From an uncultured delta proteobacterium (GTDB lineage: Bacteria; Myxococcota; Myxococcia; Myxococcales; Anaeromyxobacteraceae): 64,000 nt of DNA. Positions 49,365-63,203 of the stretch are shown here, one piece after another. Position numbers and translations under genes: made by a program. Under the pieces are notes generated by a model. The model did no database searches and was not told where the DNA came from. It saw only the letters and a list, made by a program, of their open reading frames with translations. The stretch spans positions 320,001 to 384,000 of the forward strand of contig CAVYBH010000008.1 in NCBI GenBank assembly GCA_963766715.1, written 5' to 3'. Within the stretch, counting starts at the first letter, position 1. Each line of letters opens with the position of its first letter.

Positions 49365-50810
49365 ATGAAGCACACGAGCTGGATCCTGGCACTCATCGTC
49401 GGCGTGGTCCTCGGCGTGGTGGGCGATCGCATGATGGGCGGCGGTCCGCGGGTCGGCGCCCACCGCCGGCCGGCCCTCCGAGCTGCCGCCGCCGGCCCGC
49501 GCGCCGGCGCGCCCGGTGGAGGACTCCAAGGCCGTCTACCGGGTCCCCGTCGACGACTCGCCCGTGAAGGGTCCGTCGGACGCACTCGTCACCATCATCG
49601 AGTCCTCCGACTTCGAGTGCCCGTTCTGCAAGCGCGTCGGGCCGACGATGAAGCAGCTCGAGGCCGCCTACCCCGGCAAGCTGCGCTTCGTCTTCAAGCA
49701 CAACCCCCTGCCCTTCCACGCCAAGGCCATGCCGGCCGCCATCGCGGCCGAGGAGGGGCGCGCCCAGGGCGGCTCCGCCAAGTTCTGGGAGATGCACGAC
49801 CGGCTCTTCGACTCGGCGCCGGCGCTCGATCGCCCCGCGCTCGAGGCGACCGCACAGGCGGCCGGCCTGGACATGAACGCCTTCCGCAAGGCCCTCGACG
49901 AGCAGCGGCACGAGTCCCGCATCAAGCGGGACCAGGCGCTCGTGAACTCGCGTGGGCGCGAACGGCACGCCGAGCTTCTTCGTGAACGGACGGAAGATCG
50001 CCGGGGCGGTCCCCTTCGAGGTCTTCAAGGCCATGGTGGACGAGGAGCTCGCCAAGGCGGAGGCGCTCGTGAAGTCGGGCGTCCCGGCCAAGGACCTGTA
50101 CGCCCGCATCATCGAGACCGGCGGCCACCGCGCCGGTGATGGTCGCCCCGCCCCCGGGCCAGGCCGCGCCCCAGGCGGCGCCGCCGCCGCCGCAGGCGGC
50201 CGCGCAGAAGGTCGACTTCCGCCCCGACGACCCGATGCGCGGCCCGAAGAACGCCCCGGTCACGGTGGTGATCTTCTCCGACTTCCAGTGCCCGTTCTGC
50301 ACCCGCGTCGAGCCCACCCTCGCCCAGCTCCAGAAGGCGTACCCGAACGACGTGCGGGTGGTGTGGAAGAACTACCCGCTCGCCATGCACCCGCAGGCGA
50401 TGCCGGCCGCGCTGGCCGCCGAGGCGGCGCGCGAGCAGGGCAAGTTCTGGGAGATGCACGACCTCATGTTCCAGAACCAGTCGCAGCTCGCCCCGGCGCA
50501 GTTCGAGGCCTGGGCGAAGCAGCTGGGGCTCGACGCGAAGAAGTTCCAGGCCGCCTCGGCCGCGCCGTCCACGCGCGCCCGCGTGGACGAGGACGCCCAG
50601 CTGGGCGCCCGCTTCGCCTCCCAGGGCACCCCGACGCTCTACGTGAACTGCCGCCCGGTGGTGGGCGCGCAGCCGTACGAGGTGTTCCAGAAGCTCGTCG
50701 ACGAGGAGCTGGGGCGGGCCGCGCAGCTGAAGAAGGCGGGCGCGGCGGTGGACGCCGGCTTCTACGAGCGCATCTGCGCCGAGAACGTCAAGGGCTCGCA
50801 GAAGGGCTAG
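49365..50810 (+). CDS. DsbA-family protein with two thioredoxin-fold domains, frame breaks near 49470-49515, 49950 and 50125
   Basis: SDFECPFC...GTPSFFVNG and SDFQCPFC...GTPTLYVN; N-terminal TM segment. Confidence 0.85.
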
Positions 50811-50815
50811 CCGGC

Positions 50816-53463
50816 CTAGGCCCGCCCCGCGCCGGCCAGCCAGGCGGCGCGCATCGCCTGGAAGATCGCCGCCGGCCCGCCGGTGTCGGCGGCGAGCTCC
50901 CAGATCGGCACCTCCCCGAGCCCCTTGAACCAGGCGCGCCCGACGTGCCGGAACATCTCGGCCGGGCGTCCGTCGGTGTGGAAGGTGACCACCAGGCTCT
51001 CCGGGCCCGGACCGAACCACCACTGCGACGGCGACGTCCTCCGGGACGTCGGCGGGATCGAGCTCGACCCGGCGCACCACGCGCCCCGCACCGACCGACG
51101 CGAGCCAGGCCGAGAGCGCCTCCTCCGAGAGGGCCGCCCCGGCGTTGTAGACGTCGCCCGACCCCTCGTCCTCGGCGCGCGCGGCCGCCTCCAGGGCCCG
51201 GCGGACCGGCTTGGCGACCGCCCGCATCGCGGCCGTCATGTCCCCGGCCCGCGCCGCGCGCATGGCCTCGACGGCGGCGGCCGGCGGGATGGCGAGGGAG
51301 AGGGGCTGGCCGATGAAGACGCTCCAGGCGTGGCGCAGGCCGGGAAGGCCCCGGGCCGTCCGGGCCTCCTCGAGGAGCTGGTCGGCGCGGGCGCGCGCCA
51401 GCGAGGCCCGGGCGGTGCCCCGGGCCGACTCGTTGATCTTCTCGGCGATGGCGACCCGGTTCCGGCCGAAGGCCTCGTCGTCGATGGAGACGACGAGCGG
51501 CGCAGGCCCGAAGGAGACGAACACGCCGGCCTCGAGCCCCTCGCCGCGGGTCCGCGACACGGCGCGCTCCATCTCGGCGGCGAGGCGGGAGGCGGCGGCG
51601 GCGTGCAGGGCGCCCCGGCGCAGCGACTCGGCCCGCTCCGGGCTCCCGGGAGCGGCCCGTTCCGAGGTCGCGCGCGCCTCGTCCCGGGCGGCCAGGCAGC
51701 GGCCGATCTCGCCCCGGTACCGGGCCTCCAGCGCCGTCACCCGGTCGACCACCGCCTCGGTGGAGACCTCCCGCTCCAGCCGCGCCTCGTAGGCGCCGAG
51801 CAGCCTCCGGATCTCGCCGGCCAGCGACACGAGCGCCTCGATGTCGCCGGAGAGCGAGATGGCGTCCCCGAGCAGGTTGTTCACCGAGACCCCGCCGCGG
51901 TCGGAGAGGTGCTCCATCCCGGTGAAGCGCTCCTTCGCCGCCGCCAGGATGGGCAGGTAGAACTCGCGCCGGAGGAACTCGGCCATCGCGGCCTGCCCGA
52001 GCAGGCTCGTACGCCGCGTGAAGTCCTTCACGTCGGCGAAGAGGTGGGCCATGGGGCGCTCCTGCGCCACCGCCAGGATGGGGCCCGGTCGCGCGGAGAT
52101 CCGGTAGAGACGCCCCGCCTCCCACTCCGCCTCGGGGCCCGCCTGGCCCGCGCCGGAGAACGGGACCACCACCCGGCGCACCGGGGCCGAGAGCCGCTCG
52201 AGCGCGAGGTCGGCGAGCAGCCCGGACGCGGCGAGCGCGTACGTCTGGAGCGCCTCCTCGCGCCGCAGGCCGAGCGCGGCCGCCGGCTCCTTCGGCTTCC
52301 AGGCCCGCAGCGACCGCACCAGCACGTCGAGCACCGCCCCCGCGCCCTCGGCGGGCAGCACCCGCGAGGCCTGCTGGGCCCGGGCCGCGAGGTCGGCGCG
52401 TCCCGCCTCGCCGGACAGGGACGCCTGGAGCGCGCCCGGCGCCGCGAGCAGCGCCCGCAGCTCCGAGCAGGCGGCCGGCTGGCGGGCCGCCTCGACCGCG
52501 GTCACCAGCTCCGAGAGCGCCTGCCGGATGCGCCAGGCCGCCACCGCGCCCTCCGCACGCCGCGGCGGTCTCCTCGTCGTCGGCGAGCGCCTCGACCACG
52601 TCCCCGGCTGCCGCGTCCGGGTCGCCCCCGGTCGCCAGGCGGGCCGCGATCTCCTCGGCCCGGGGAACGCCGGCCAGGAGCTCCGGGCCGTAGAGGGTGG
52701 AGCCGCCGCCGAGGAGGGCCGCCCGCCCGCCGGCCAGCGTGCAGGGATTCACCACCGCCTCGAGGCGGAGCAGCAGCGGGTCGTCGGCGCGCAGCCCCGC
52801 GTCCCGGGCGAACCGGGCCACGCCGGTCCTGGCCGCGATCCAGAGTCCGGTCAGCGCCGCGCTGCGGAGCCAGCGGTCGTGCGGTCCGCCGGGCAGGACG
52901 TCCCGCAGTCCCGGGGCGGCCGCCCCCAGCGCTCCGGACAGGGCGAGCGCCACGAGCAGCGGCGTGTCCTCCCTGGCGGGCGAGGCGGCCATCTCGGAGG
53001 CGGCGGTGCGGAGCGAGGCGATCCAGAGGGCGGTGAGGGAGCGCCCCTTTCCTCCCGGCCCCATCCAGGCGGTGACGAGGCCGCCCTGGAGCGCGGGATG
53101 GGCCGCGAGCGCCGTCTGCGCGGCGGCGCGGAGGTCCGGGCCGCCCGCCGGCGGAGAGAGCAGGTCGGCGACGTGCGGGAGGGACGCGTAGTCCTCCCGG
53201 AGGTAGAGCCGGTCGAGCTCCTCGGGCGGGACGAACCGGCCGTGGTGGGTGGCGAGCAGGAGCCCCACCTGGTCCGCCGCGGTGCGGACGATGGCGGCGG
53301 CGTCCGCGGCCAGATCCACCGGGACCCGGAGGTCGGCGTGGGAGGTCCCCAGCTGGAAGCGCAGCCGCGCGGGATCGATGCGCAGGAACGCCTCTCCCTG
53401 CGATCGGGCCTCGGCCAGGATGCGAAGCCGCCGTGCCGCGATCGGGGCCTGCCCTGCCGCCAT
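50816..53463 (-). CDS. Large hypothetical protein with a divergent class III nucleotidyl cyclase-like domain, frame breaks near 52545 and 51025
   Basis: LFADVKDFT, NLLGDA, KINESAR motifs in the C-terminal half; helical N-terminal half. Confidence 0.6.
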
Positions 53464-53476
53464 GTCGTCGGATGTC

Positions 53477-53505
53477 TTGATCGGAACCCTCCATCCGGGT
53501 AGAAA
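53477..53505 (+). promoter_or_regulatory. Putative promoter TTGATC-N17-TAGAAA for panD-trp (probably leaderless)
   Basis: 17-bp spacer; -10 ends 8 nt before the panD ATG; no SD. Confidence 0.5.
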
Positions 53506-53513
53506 ACCCGATC

Positions 53514-53905
53514 ATGCGCCGGACCTTGTTCAAGTCCAAGATTCACCGCGCGACGGTGACCCATGCGGACCTCGACTACGAGGGGTCGGTCACCATCGAC
53601 GAGGACCTCATGGACGCGGCGGGCTTCTGGGAGTACGAGGCGGTCCACGTGTGGAACATCACGCGGGGCACCCGGCTCCAGACCTACGCCATCCGCGGGG
53701 AGCGCGGCAGCGGCATCATCTGCATCAACGGCGCCGCGGCCCATCTGAACCGCCCCGGCGACATGGTCATCCTGGCCACCTTCGCGGAGATGGAGGAGTC
53801 GGAGGCCCGCACCCACGTGCCGCAGGTGGTGCTGGTCGACGCGAAGAACAGGATGGTCGCCAAGGACGTGGCCGAGGTCGCCGGCCCGGCCAGGCGGGTC
53901 GTGGC

Positions 53906-53909
<4 letters not shown>
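53514..53909 (+). CDS. panD: Aspartate 1-decarboxylase
   Basis: [28 protein letters not shown]. Confidence 0.95.
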
Positions 53910-55456
<1,547 letters not shown>

Positions 55457-55460
<4 letters not shown>

Positions 55461-56051
55461 AGCCGCGCATCGTCCTCGTCGACAACTACGACTCGTTCAC
55501 GTTCAACCTGGTCCAGTACCTGGGCGAGCTGGGCGCCGACGTGCGGGTCTTCCGGAACGACCAGATCGACGTGGCCGGGATCCGGGCGCTCCGCCCGCTC
55601 GGGCTCGCCATCTCGCCCGGCCCGTGCACCCCCGACGAGGCCGGGGTGAGCCTCGAGGCCATCCGGTCGCTGGCCGGCGAGCTGCCCATCCTCGGGGTCT
55701 GCCTGGGGCACCAGGCCATCGGGCAGGCCTTCGGCGGCACGCGTCGTCCGCAACGACCGCATCGTCCACGGCAAGTCGAGCCCGGTGCTGCACCGCGGCG
55801 AGGGGGTCTACGCCGGCCTCCCCTCCCCCTTCGACGCCGGGCGGTACCACTCGCTCGTCGTCGAGCGCGCCTCGCTGCCCCGCGAGCTGCGCATCACCTC
55901 CTGGACCCGGGAGGGCGAGATCATGGGGCTGCGCCACCGGCGCCTGGAGATCGAGGGCGTCCAGTTCCACCCGGAGTCCATCCTGACCGGCCAGGGCAAG
56001 GCGCTGCTCGGCAACTGGGTCGCCCGGGTGAAGGGATGGAGGCGCCCGTGA
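55457..56051 (+). CDS. trpG: Anthranilate synthase component II (glutamine amidotransferase), frame break near 55740
   Basis: DNYDSFT, SPGP, GVCLGHQ, RYHSL, QFHPES. Confidence 0.92.
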
Positions 56052-57056
56052 TCCTTCCGGCCATCGCGAGGCTCGTCGACGGCGGGGACCTCACCCGCGC
56101 CGAGATGGTGGAGCTGATGGGCGAGGTGGCCGACGGCGGCGCCACCCCGGCGCAGGTCGGCGCCTTCCTGGCCGCGCTCCGGCTCAAGGGGGAGACGGTC
56201 GAGGAGATCGCCGGCGCCGCCCAGGTGATGCGCGATCGGTCGGAGCGGATCCGGGTCGATCGCGAGGTCTTCGTCGACACCTGCGGCACCGGCGGCGACG
56301 GCCGGAACACCTTCAACATCTCGACCACGGCGGCCTTCGCGGTGGCCGGGGCCGGCGTGGCGGTGGCCAAGCACGGCAACCGATCGGTCTCCTCGAAGTG
56401 CGGCTCGGCCGACGTGCTGGCGGCGCTGGGCGTCGACGTCGACGCGCCCCGGGATCGGGTGGAGCGCTGCATCGCCGAGGTGGGCATCGGGTTCCTCTTC
56501 GCGCCCCGGCTCCACCCCGCGTTCAAGGCGGTGGCCGGCATCCGGCGCGAGCTGGCCATCCGCACCGTCTTCAACCTGCTCGGCCCGCTGGCCAACCCGG
56601 CCGGCGCCCGCTACCAGGTGATGGGCGTGTACGAGCCCCGCTGGGTGCCGGTCATCGGCGGGGTGCTGGCCGCCCTCGGCTCCGTCCACGCCTTCGTGGT
56701 CCACGGCGACGGCCTCGACGAGATCTCGGTCTCCGGGCCCACCGAGGTCGCCGAGGTCCACGGCGGCCAGGTGCGGACCTTCCGGCTCTCGCCCGAGGAC
56801 CTGGGCGTGGGGCGCTGGCCCGTCGAGGCGCTCACCGGCGGCGACGCGGCCCACAACGCCAGGATGACGCTCGACGTCCTCTCCGGCCAGAAGGGCGCGC
56901 CCGCGGGACGCGGTGCTCGCGAACGCCGCCGCCGCGCTGGTGGCGGCCGGCGCCGCGCCCGACCTCCGGGCGGGCTCGCGGCTGGCCGCCGACGCCATCG
57001 ATCGGGGCGCCGCCCGCGAGAAGCTCGACCTCCTCGCCGCGGCGAGCCGCGCATGA
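56048..57056 (+). CDS. trpD: Anthranilate phosphoribosyltransferase, frame break near 56900
   Basis: [42 protein letters not shown]. Confidence 0.92.
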
Positions 57057-57835
57057 CCATCCTGGCGGAGATCCTGGCGCGGAAGGTCACCGAGGTGGCC
57101 CGCCGCCGGACCGGGCTTCCCGAGCAGGAGCTCGAGGCCCGCGCGGCGGCGACGCCCGCACCCCGCCGGCTCGCCGACGCGCTCTCGCCCCCGGGCGGAC
57201 CGGTCCGGATCGTCGCCGAGGTGAAGCGCGCCAGCCCGTCCGCCGGCGCCATCGACTCCGGCCTCGACGCGCCCGCCCAGGCCGCCCGGTACGCCGCGGC
57301 GGGCGCCGCGGCCATCTCGGTGCTGACCGACGGGCCCGGCTTCGGCGGATCGCTCGACGACCTGGCCGCGGCCCGGGCCCGGGTCGACGTGCCGCTGCTC
57401 CGGAAGGACTTCGTGCTCGAGCGCTACCAGCTCCTCGAGGCCCGGGCGTGGGGCGCGGACGCCGCGCTGCTCATCGTGGCGGCGCTGCCCGGCGACCTGC
57501 TGCGGCGCCGGCTCGACGACTGCGCGTCGCTGGGGCTGTCGGCGCTGGTCGAGGTCCACGACCTGGCCGAGGCGGAGCGCGCGGTCGCCGCCGGGGCCCG
57601 GATCGTGGGCGTGAACAACCGCGACCTCCGCACCTTCGTGGTCGACCTGGCCGCCAGCGAGCGGGTGCTGCCCGCCCTGCCGCCGGGCGTCCTGGGCGTG
57701 TCCGAGAGCGGCATCCGCTCCCCGGCGGACGTGGCCCGGCTGCGGAGGTCGGGCGCCGCGAACTTCCTCGTCGGCGAGGCGCTGGTGCGCGCGGCCGATC
57801 CGGGCGCGCTGCTCCGGGACATGGCGGCCGCGTGA
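57053..57835 (+). CDS. trpC: Indole-3-glycerol phosphate synthase
   Basis: [36 protein letters not shown]. Confidence 0.94.
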   Translation: MTILAEILARKVTEVARRRTGLPEQELEARAAATPAPRRLADALSPPGGPVRIVAEVKRASPSAGAIDSGLDAPAQAARYAAAGAAAISVLTDGPGFGGSLDDLAAARARVDVPLLRKDFVLERYQLLEARAWGADAALLIVAALPGDLLRRRLDDCASLGLSALVEVHDLAEAERAVAAGARIVGVNNRDLRTFVVDLAASERVLPALPPGVLGVSESGIRSPADVARLRRSGAANFLVGEALVRAADPGALLRDMAAA

Positions 57836-58455
57836 GCATCGTTCGCATCAAGATCTGCGGGGTGACCCGCGAGGAGGACGCGCTCGCCGCGGTCCGGCTC
57901 GGCGCCGACGCGCTGGGCTTCAACTTCTGGCCCGGGTCGAAGCGCCACCTCACTCCGGCGGCGGCCCGCCGGATCATCGAGCGGCTCCCGCCGCTGGTGA
58001 CCTCGGTGGGCGTCTTCGTGAACCAGCCGGAGGGCGAGATGCGCGCCATCGCCGCCGAGACCGGGATCCAGGTCTTCCAGCTCCACGGAGACGAGCCGCC
58101 CGAGCTCTGCGCGCGGATGCCGCTGCCGGTCGTGAAGGCCATCCCGGTGGACAAGGTCCGGACGCTCTCCCGGCTGCTCTCCTACGAGGTCTCGGCCTTC
58201 CTGCTCGACACGCCCTCGCGCGGATACGGCGGGACCGGCGAGCCCTTCGACTGGTCGCTCGCCGAGGGGGTCTCGGAGGTGGCGCCGGTCATCCTGGCCG
58301 GGGGGCTCACCCCCGAGAACGTGGCCGACGCCGTCCGCGCGGTCCGCCCCTACGCCGTCGACGTGGCGAGCGGCGTCGAGTCATCACCAGGAGTGAAAGA
58401 CATGGACAGGATGTCCCGCTTCATCGCCGCCGTCCGCGAGGTCCGGCTCCCATGA
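57832..58455 (+). CDS. trpF: Phosphoribosylanthranilate isomerase
   Basis: [36 protein letters not shown]. Confidence 0.94.
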   Translation: MSIVRIKICGVTREEDALAAVRLGADALGFNFWPGSKRHLTPAAARRIIERLPPLVTSVGVFVNQPEGEMRAIAAETGIQVFQLHGDEPPELCARMPLPVVKAIPVDKVRTLSRLLSYEVSAFLLDTPSRGYGGTGEPFDWSLAEGVSEVAPVILAGGLTPENVADAVRAVRPYAVDVASGVESSPGVKDMDRMSRFIAAVREVRLP

Positions 58456-59730
58456 GCAGGAGACTCCCCGACCCGGGCGGCCACTTCGGCCCCTACGGCG
58501 GCCGCTTCGTCCCCGAGACGCTGGTCCCGGCCCTCGACGAGCTGGAGCAGGCCTGGCGCGAGGCCCGGGGCGACCCGGCCTTCGCGCGAGGAGCTGACCC
58601 GGCTCCTCACCCGGTTCGCCGGGCGCCCCACGCCGCTCGGCGACGGGCTGCGCATGGGCGCGGACGCGGGCGGCTGCCGGGTGGTGCTGAAGCGCGAGGA
58701 CCTCTGTCACACCGGCGCGCACAAGATCAACAACACGCTGGGGCAGGTGCTCCTGGCCCGCCGGATGGGGAAGCGGCGCATCATCGCCGAGACCGGCGCG
58801 GGGCAGCACGGGGTGGCCACCGCCACCGCCGCGGCGCTCTTCGGGATGCCCTGCGACGTCTTCATGGGGGCGCTCGACGTGGAGCGGCAGGCGCTCAACG
58901 TCTTCCGGATGCAGCTCCTGGGGGCGCGGGTCGTGCCGGTCCAGTCCGGCTCGCGAACCCTCAAGGACGCGATGAACGAGGCCATCCGCGACTGGGTGAC
59001 GAACGTCCGCGACACCCACTACATCATCGGCTCGGTGGCGGGCCCGCACCCCTACCCGGCCATGGTCCGCGACTTCCAGGCGGTCATCGGCGACGAGGCG
59101 CGCGCCCAGGTGCTCGCCGTGTGCGGCCGGCTCCCGGACGCGATCGTGGCCTGCGTGGGCGGCGGCTCCAACGCCATGGGGATCTTCTCCGCCTTCCTCG
59201 CCGACCCGAGCGTCCGGCTGGTCGGGGTGGAGGCGGCGGGGCACGGCCTCTCCACGGGGAAGCACGGCGCGGCGCTGGCCCTGGGCCGGCCCGGCGTGCT
59301 CCACGGCTCGCGGAGCTACGTCCTCCAGGACGAGGACGGCCAGATCGTCGAGGCCCACTCCATCAGCGCCGGCCTCGACTACCCCGGCGTGGGGCCCGAG
59401 CTCGCCTGGCTGAAGGACCAGGGGCGCCTCGAGCTGCGCCAGGCCACCGACGACGAGGCCCTCGACGCGCTGGGGTACCTGGCGCGCACCGAGGGAATCA
59501 TCCCGGCGCTGGAGACCGCCCACGCGGTCGCGGCCGCCCGCATCCTGGCCCGGGAGCTCGGGCCGCGAGGTCTTCTCCTGGTGAACGTCTCCGGGCGCGG
59601 CGACAAGGACGTCGACCACGTCCGGCGCGCGCTCGCCGAGCGGGCGGCGCGGCCGGCCCCGCGGCGGAAGCGGAAGCCCGGAGCGAAGCCGGCGGGCAAG
59701 CCCGCGCGCCGCGGCGGGAGGGGCCGATGA
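58452..59730 (+). CDS. trpB: Tryptophan synthase beta chain, frame break near 58585
   Basis: [58 protein letters not shown]. Confidence 0.94.
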
Positions 59731-60539
59731 GCGCTCCGCCCCGACCGCATCCAGGCCGCCTTCGCCGCCGCCCGCGCGCGCGGAGGCGCCGCGCTCGTCA
59801 CCTACGTGATGGGCGGCGACCCCGACCTGGCCACCTCCCGGGAGGCGGCGCTGGCCTGCGCCGCCGGGGGCGCCGACATCCTCGAGATCGGGATGCCCTT
59901 CTCCGATCCGATCGCCGACGGCAAGACCATCCAGGGCGCCGGCGAGCGGTCGCTGCGGGCCGGCACGACGGTGGCCGACTGCCTGCGGCTGGCCGCCGAG
60001 GTCCGCAAGCGCGACGACCGCCGCCATCGCGCTCATGGGGTACGCCAACCCGGTCCTGGCCATGGGCGAGGAGCGCTTCCTCGACGGCTGCGTCCGCTCC
60101 GGGGTGGATGCGGTCATCCTCCCCGACCTTCCCCCGGAGGAGGCGACCTCCTTCCGGGAGGCCGCCGCGGCGCGCGGCGTGGCGGTCGTCTTCCTCCTCG
60201 CCCCGACCTCGACCCCGGCCCGCGTGGAGGCCGCCTGCCAGCGCGGCCACCGGGTTCCTCTACTTCGTGTCGGTGACCGGCGTCACCGGCGCCCGGACCG
60301 GCCTCCCCGCCGACCTGGGCGAGAAGGTGGCCGCGGTGCGGCGCCGGAGCCCGGTCCCGGTGGTGGTGGGCTTCGGGGTGGGCACGCCGGAGCAGGCCCG
60401 GAAGGTCGGGCGGCTCGCCGACGGCGTGGTGGTGGGGAGCGCCATCGTGCAGCGCATCGCCCAGGGCGGGACCCGCAAGGCGAGGGCCGAGCGGGTGCGC
60501 CGGTTCGTCTCGTCGCTCTCGCGGGCGCTGCGGCGCTGA
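59727..60539 (+). CDS. trpA: Tryptophan synthase alpha chain, several frame breaks
   Basis: [48 protein letters not shown]. Confidence 0.92.
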   Translation: MSAPPRPHPGRLRRRPRARRRRARHLRDGRRPRPGHLPGGGAGLRRRGRRHPRDRDALLRSDRRRQDHPGRRRAVAAGRHDGGRLPAAGRRGPQARRPPPSRSWGTPTRSWPWARSASSTAASAPGWMRSSSPTFPRRRRPPSGRPPRRAAWRSSSSSPRPRPRPAWRPPASAATGFLYFVSVTGVTGARTGLPADLGEKVAAVRRRSPVPVVVGFGVGTPEQARKVGRLADGVVVGSAIVQRIAQGGTRKARAERVRRFVSSLSRALRR

Positions 60540-60569
60540 CCCGGAGCCGGGCCGGGCCGCGGCCCCTGC

Positions 60570-61586
60570 TCACATCACCGGCCGCTCGATGGCCAGCGCG
60601 ATCACGCGCACCTGCCGCATCAGCTCGTCGAACTCCGGGATGGTGAGCGACTGGTGCCCGTCGGAGAGGGCCTTCTCCGGCTTCGGGTGGACCTCGACCA
60701 TGATGCCGTCGGCCCCGGCGGCGACGCCGGCCCGGGCGATGGCGGCCACGTGCTTGCGCAGGCCGATGCCGTGGGACGGATCGACGATCACCGGCAGGTG
60801 GGAGAGCGACTTCACGACCGGGATGGCGTTGATGTCGAGGGTGTTGCGGGTGGCGGTCTCGAAGGTCCGGATGCCGCGCTCGCAGAGCATGACGTCCGGG
60901 TTGCCCTTCGAGACGATGTACTCGGCCGCCATGAGCCACTCCTTGATGGTCCCGGAGAGGCCGCGCTTCAGCATGACCGGCTTCCGCACCTGCCCGAGCC
61001 GCTCCAGCAGCGGGTAGTTCTGCATGTTGCGGGCGCCCACCTGCAGGATGTCGGCGTAGTCGGCCACCAGCGGCACCGTGTCGGTGGACATCACCTCGGT
61101 GATGACCTTGAGGCCGGTCTCCTCGCGGGCGAGCGCGAGCAGCTTCAGCCCCTCCTCGCGCAGCCCCTGGAACTCGTAGGGGCTGGTGCGGGGCTTCCAG
61201 GCGCCGCCGCGGAGGATGGAGGCCCCGGCCTTCTTCACCGCGCGTGCGGTCTCGAGGATCTGGTCCTTCGACTCGACCGAGCAGGGGCCCGCCATGACCA
61301 CGATGGCCCGGCCGCCGATCTTCACGCCCCCCACGTCGATGACGGTGTCCTCCTCCTTCACCTCGCGCGAGACGAGCTTGAAGGGCTGGGAGACGCGCAG
61401 GGCCTCGGCCACGCCGGGGAGCATGGCGAAGGCGTCGGGCTCGATGGCCCCGGTGTTGCCCACCACGGCCACCACGCGCCGCTCGCTGCCGATGATGGGG
61501 TGCGGGGTGAGCCCCAGGGACCGGACCCGCTCGATGACGGCGTCGAACTCGGCCTCGGTGGCGTGGGGCTTCATCGTGACGAACAT
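60570..61586 (-). CDS. aroF: DAHP synthase type I-beta with N-terminal ACT-like domain (copy 2)
   Basis: [39 protein letters not shown]. Confidence 0.92.
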   Translation of the reverse strand: MFVTMKPHATEAEFDAVIERVRSLGLTPHPIIGSERRVVAVVGNTGAIEPDAFAMLPGVAEALRVSQPFKLVSREVKEEDTVIDVGGVKIGGRAIVVMAGPCSVESKDQILETARAVKKAGASILRGGAWKPRTSPYEFQGLREEGLKLLALAREETGLKVITEVMSTDTVPLVADYADILQVGARNMQNYPLLERLGQVRKPVMLKRGLSGTIKEWLMAAEYIVSKGNPDVMLCERGIRTFETATRNTLDINAIPVVKSLSHLPVIVDPSHGIGLRKHVAAIARAGVAAGADGIMVEVHPKPEKALSDGHQSLTIPEFDELMRQVRVIALAIERPVM

Positions 61587-61594
61587 GGGATCTC

Positions 61595-62610
61595 CTAGAG
61601 GGGGCGGCCGACCGCGCCGGCGATGACCCGGACCTGGTCCATCAGCGCCGCGAACTCCTGGGCGGTGAGGGACTGCTGCCCGTCGGACAGCGCCTTCTCC
61701 GGGCAGGGGTGGACCTCGATGATGAGGGCGTCCGCGCCGGCGGCGACCGCGGCCCGGGCCATGGCCGGCACATGGGCGCGCAGGCCGATGCCGTGCGACG
61801 GGTCGACCACGACCGGCAGGTGGGTGAGCGACTTGAGCACCGGCACCGCGTTCAGGTCGAGGGTGTTGCGGGTGGCGGTCTCGAAGGTGCGGATGCCGCG
61901 CTCGCAGAGGGCCACGCGGGGGTTGCCGTGGGCCACCACGTACTCGGCGGCCATGAGCCACTCCTTGACGGTGGCCGAGGGGCCGCGCTTCAGGAGGATG
62001 GGGCGGGCGATCTTCCCCAGCTGCTTGAGCAGCGAGAAGTTCTGCATGTTCCGGGCGCCGATCTGCACCATGTCGGCGTACTCGGCGACCATGGGGAGCG
62101 TCTCCACGTCGATGGCCTCGGTGATGATCTTGCAGGCCGGTCTCCTCGCGGGCCAGCGCGAGCAGCTTCAAGCCCCTCCTCGGCGAGCCCCTGGAACTCG
62201 TAGGGGCTGGTGCGGGGCTTGTAGGCGCCGCCGCGGAGCACGGTGGCGCCCGCCGCCTTCACGGCGCGCGCGGCCTCGAGGATCTGCTCCTTCGACTCCA
62301 CCGAGCAGGGGCCGGCCATGACCACGAGGCCGCTGCCGCCGATCTCCACGCCGCCGACGTCGACGACGGTGTCCTCCTCCTTCACCTCGCGCGACACGAG
62401 CTTGAAGGGCTGGGAGACGCGGATGGCCTCGCGGACGCCGGGCAGGCCCTCGAAGAGCGCCGGGTCGAGCCCTCCCTTGTTGCCGGTGATGCCGATGGCG
62501 GTGCGCTGGGCGCCGGGGATGGCGTGGGGCTGGAGCCCCAGGGAGCGGATCTTCTCGACGACGGCGTCCACCTGGGCTTCGGTGGCGTTCGGCTTCATCA
62601 CGACCAGCAT
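61595..62610 (-). CDS. aroF: DAHP synthase type I-beta with N-terminal ACT-like domain (copy 1), frame breaks near 62130-62175
   Basis: Same motifs as copy 2; AGGAGG RBS upstream of ATG. Confidence 0.9.
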
Positions 62611-62743
62611 TCGGTGCGCGACCTCCTGCGAACGGGGCGCGAAGGATACACCCGAACGGCCCCGCCGTCGAATAGCGACGATCGCCACGGATTTCCTGGA
62701 TTTCCGGCGCTCCGGGCTAGAATCGCCCCGTGCGCGACCGCCG

Positions 62744-63181
62744 ATGGGACCACCTCTACGACCTCCGAATCGCCAGCCGGTGAAGGAGGTCATCCTCGCG
62801 CGGTTCGCCGAGGAGCTGGCCGGACGGCTCGGCGCCTGGCCGCCTCCGGACGTGGAATGGGCGACCGACGAGCTGCGCCGCCGCTGGGCCGCCGGGCTCG
62901 AGTCGGCCCCGCGCGCCGAGGTCCTCCGGCTCGCGCTCGAGCTGGCGCGGCTCGACCTCCTCCGGGAGCACGAGGCCTTCGACGAGGCCATGCGGAACCG
63001 GGCGCCCGCCACCTGCCAGGGCCCGGCCGACGAGGCCGCCCTCCAGCTCCTCGTCCTCTACGTGACCGAGGAGTGCCTGGCGCTGAAGGACTGGGCCGAG
63101 GGGGCGAAGCTCTCCCGGGCCGACCTGGCCGGCGCCGTCGACCTGGCCGAGCGCAGCCTCTTCCGGGTCACGCTGGGCTAG
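62744..63181 (+). CDS. Hypothetical all-helical protein
   Basis: High-GC3 codon usage from KEVILARFAEEL to LFRVTLG*; TAGAAT upstream; start uncertain. Confidence 0.6.
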   Translation: MGPPLRPPNRQPVKEVILARFAEELAGRLGAWPPPDVEWATDELRRRWAAGLESAPRAEVLRLALELARLDLLREHEAFDEAMRNRAPATCQGPADEAALQLLVLYVTEECLALKDWAEGAKLSRADLAGAVDLAERSLFRVTLG

Positions 63182-63203
63182 GTCGTCCCCCGCGCCGCCC
63201 GGG

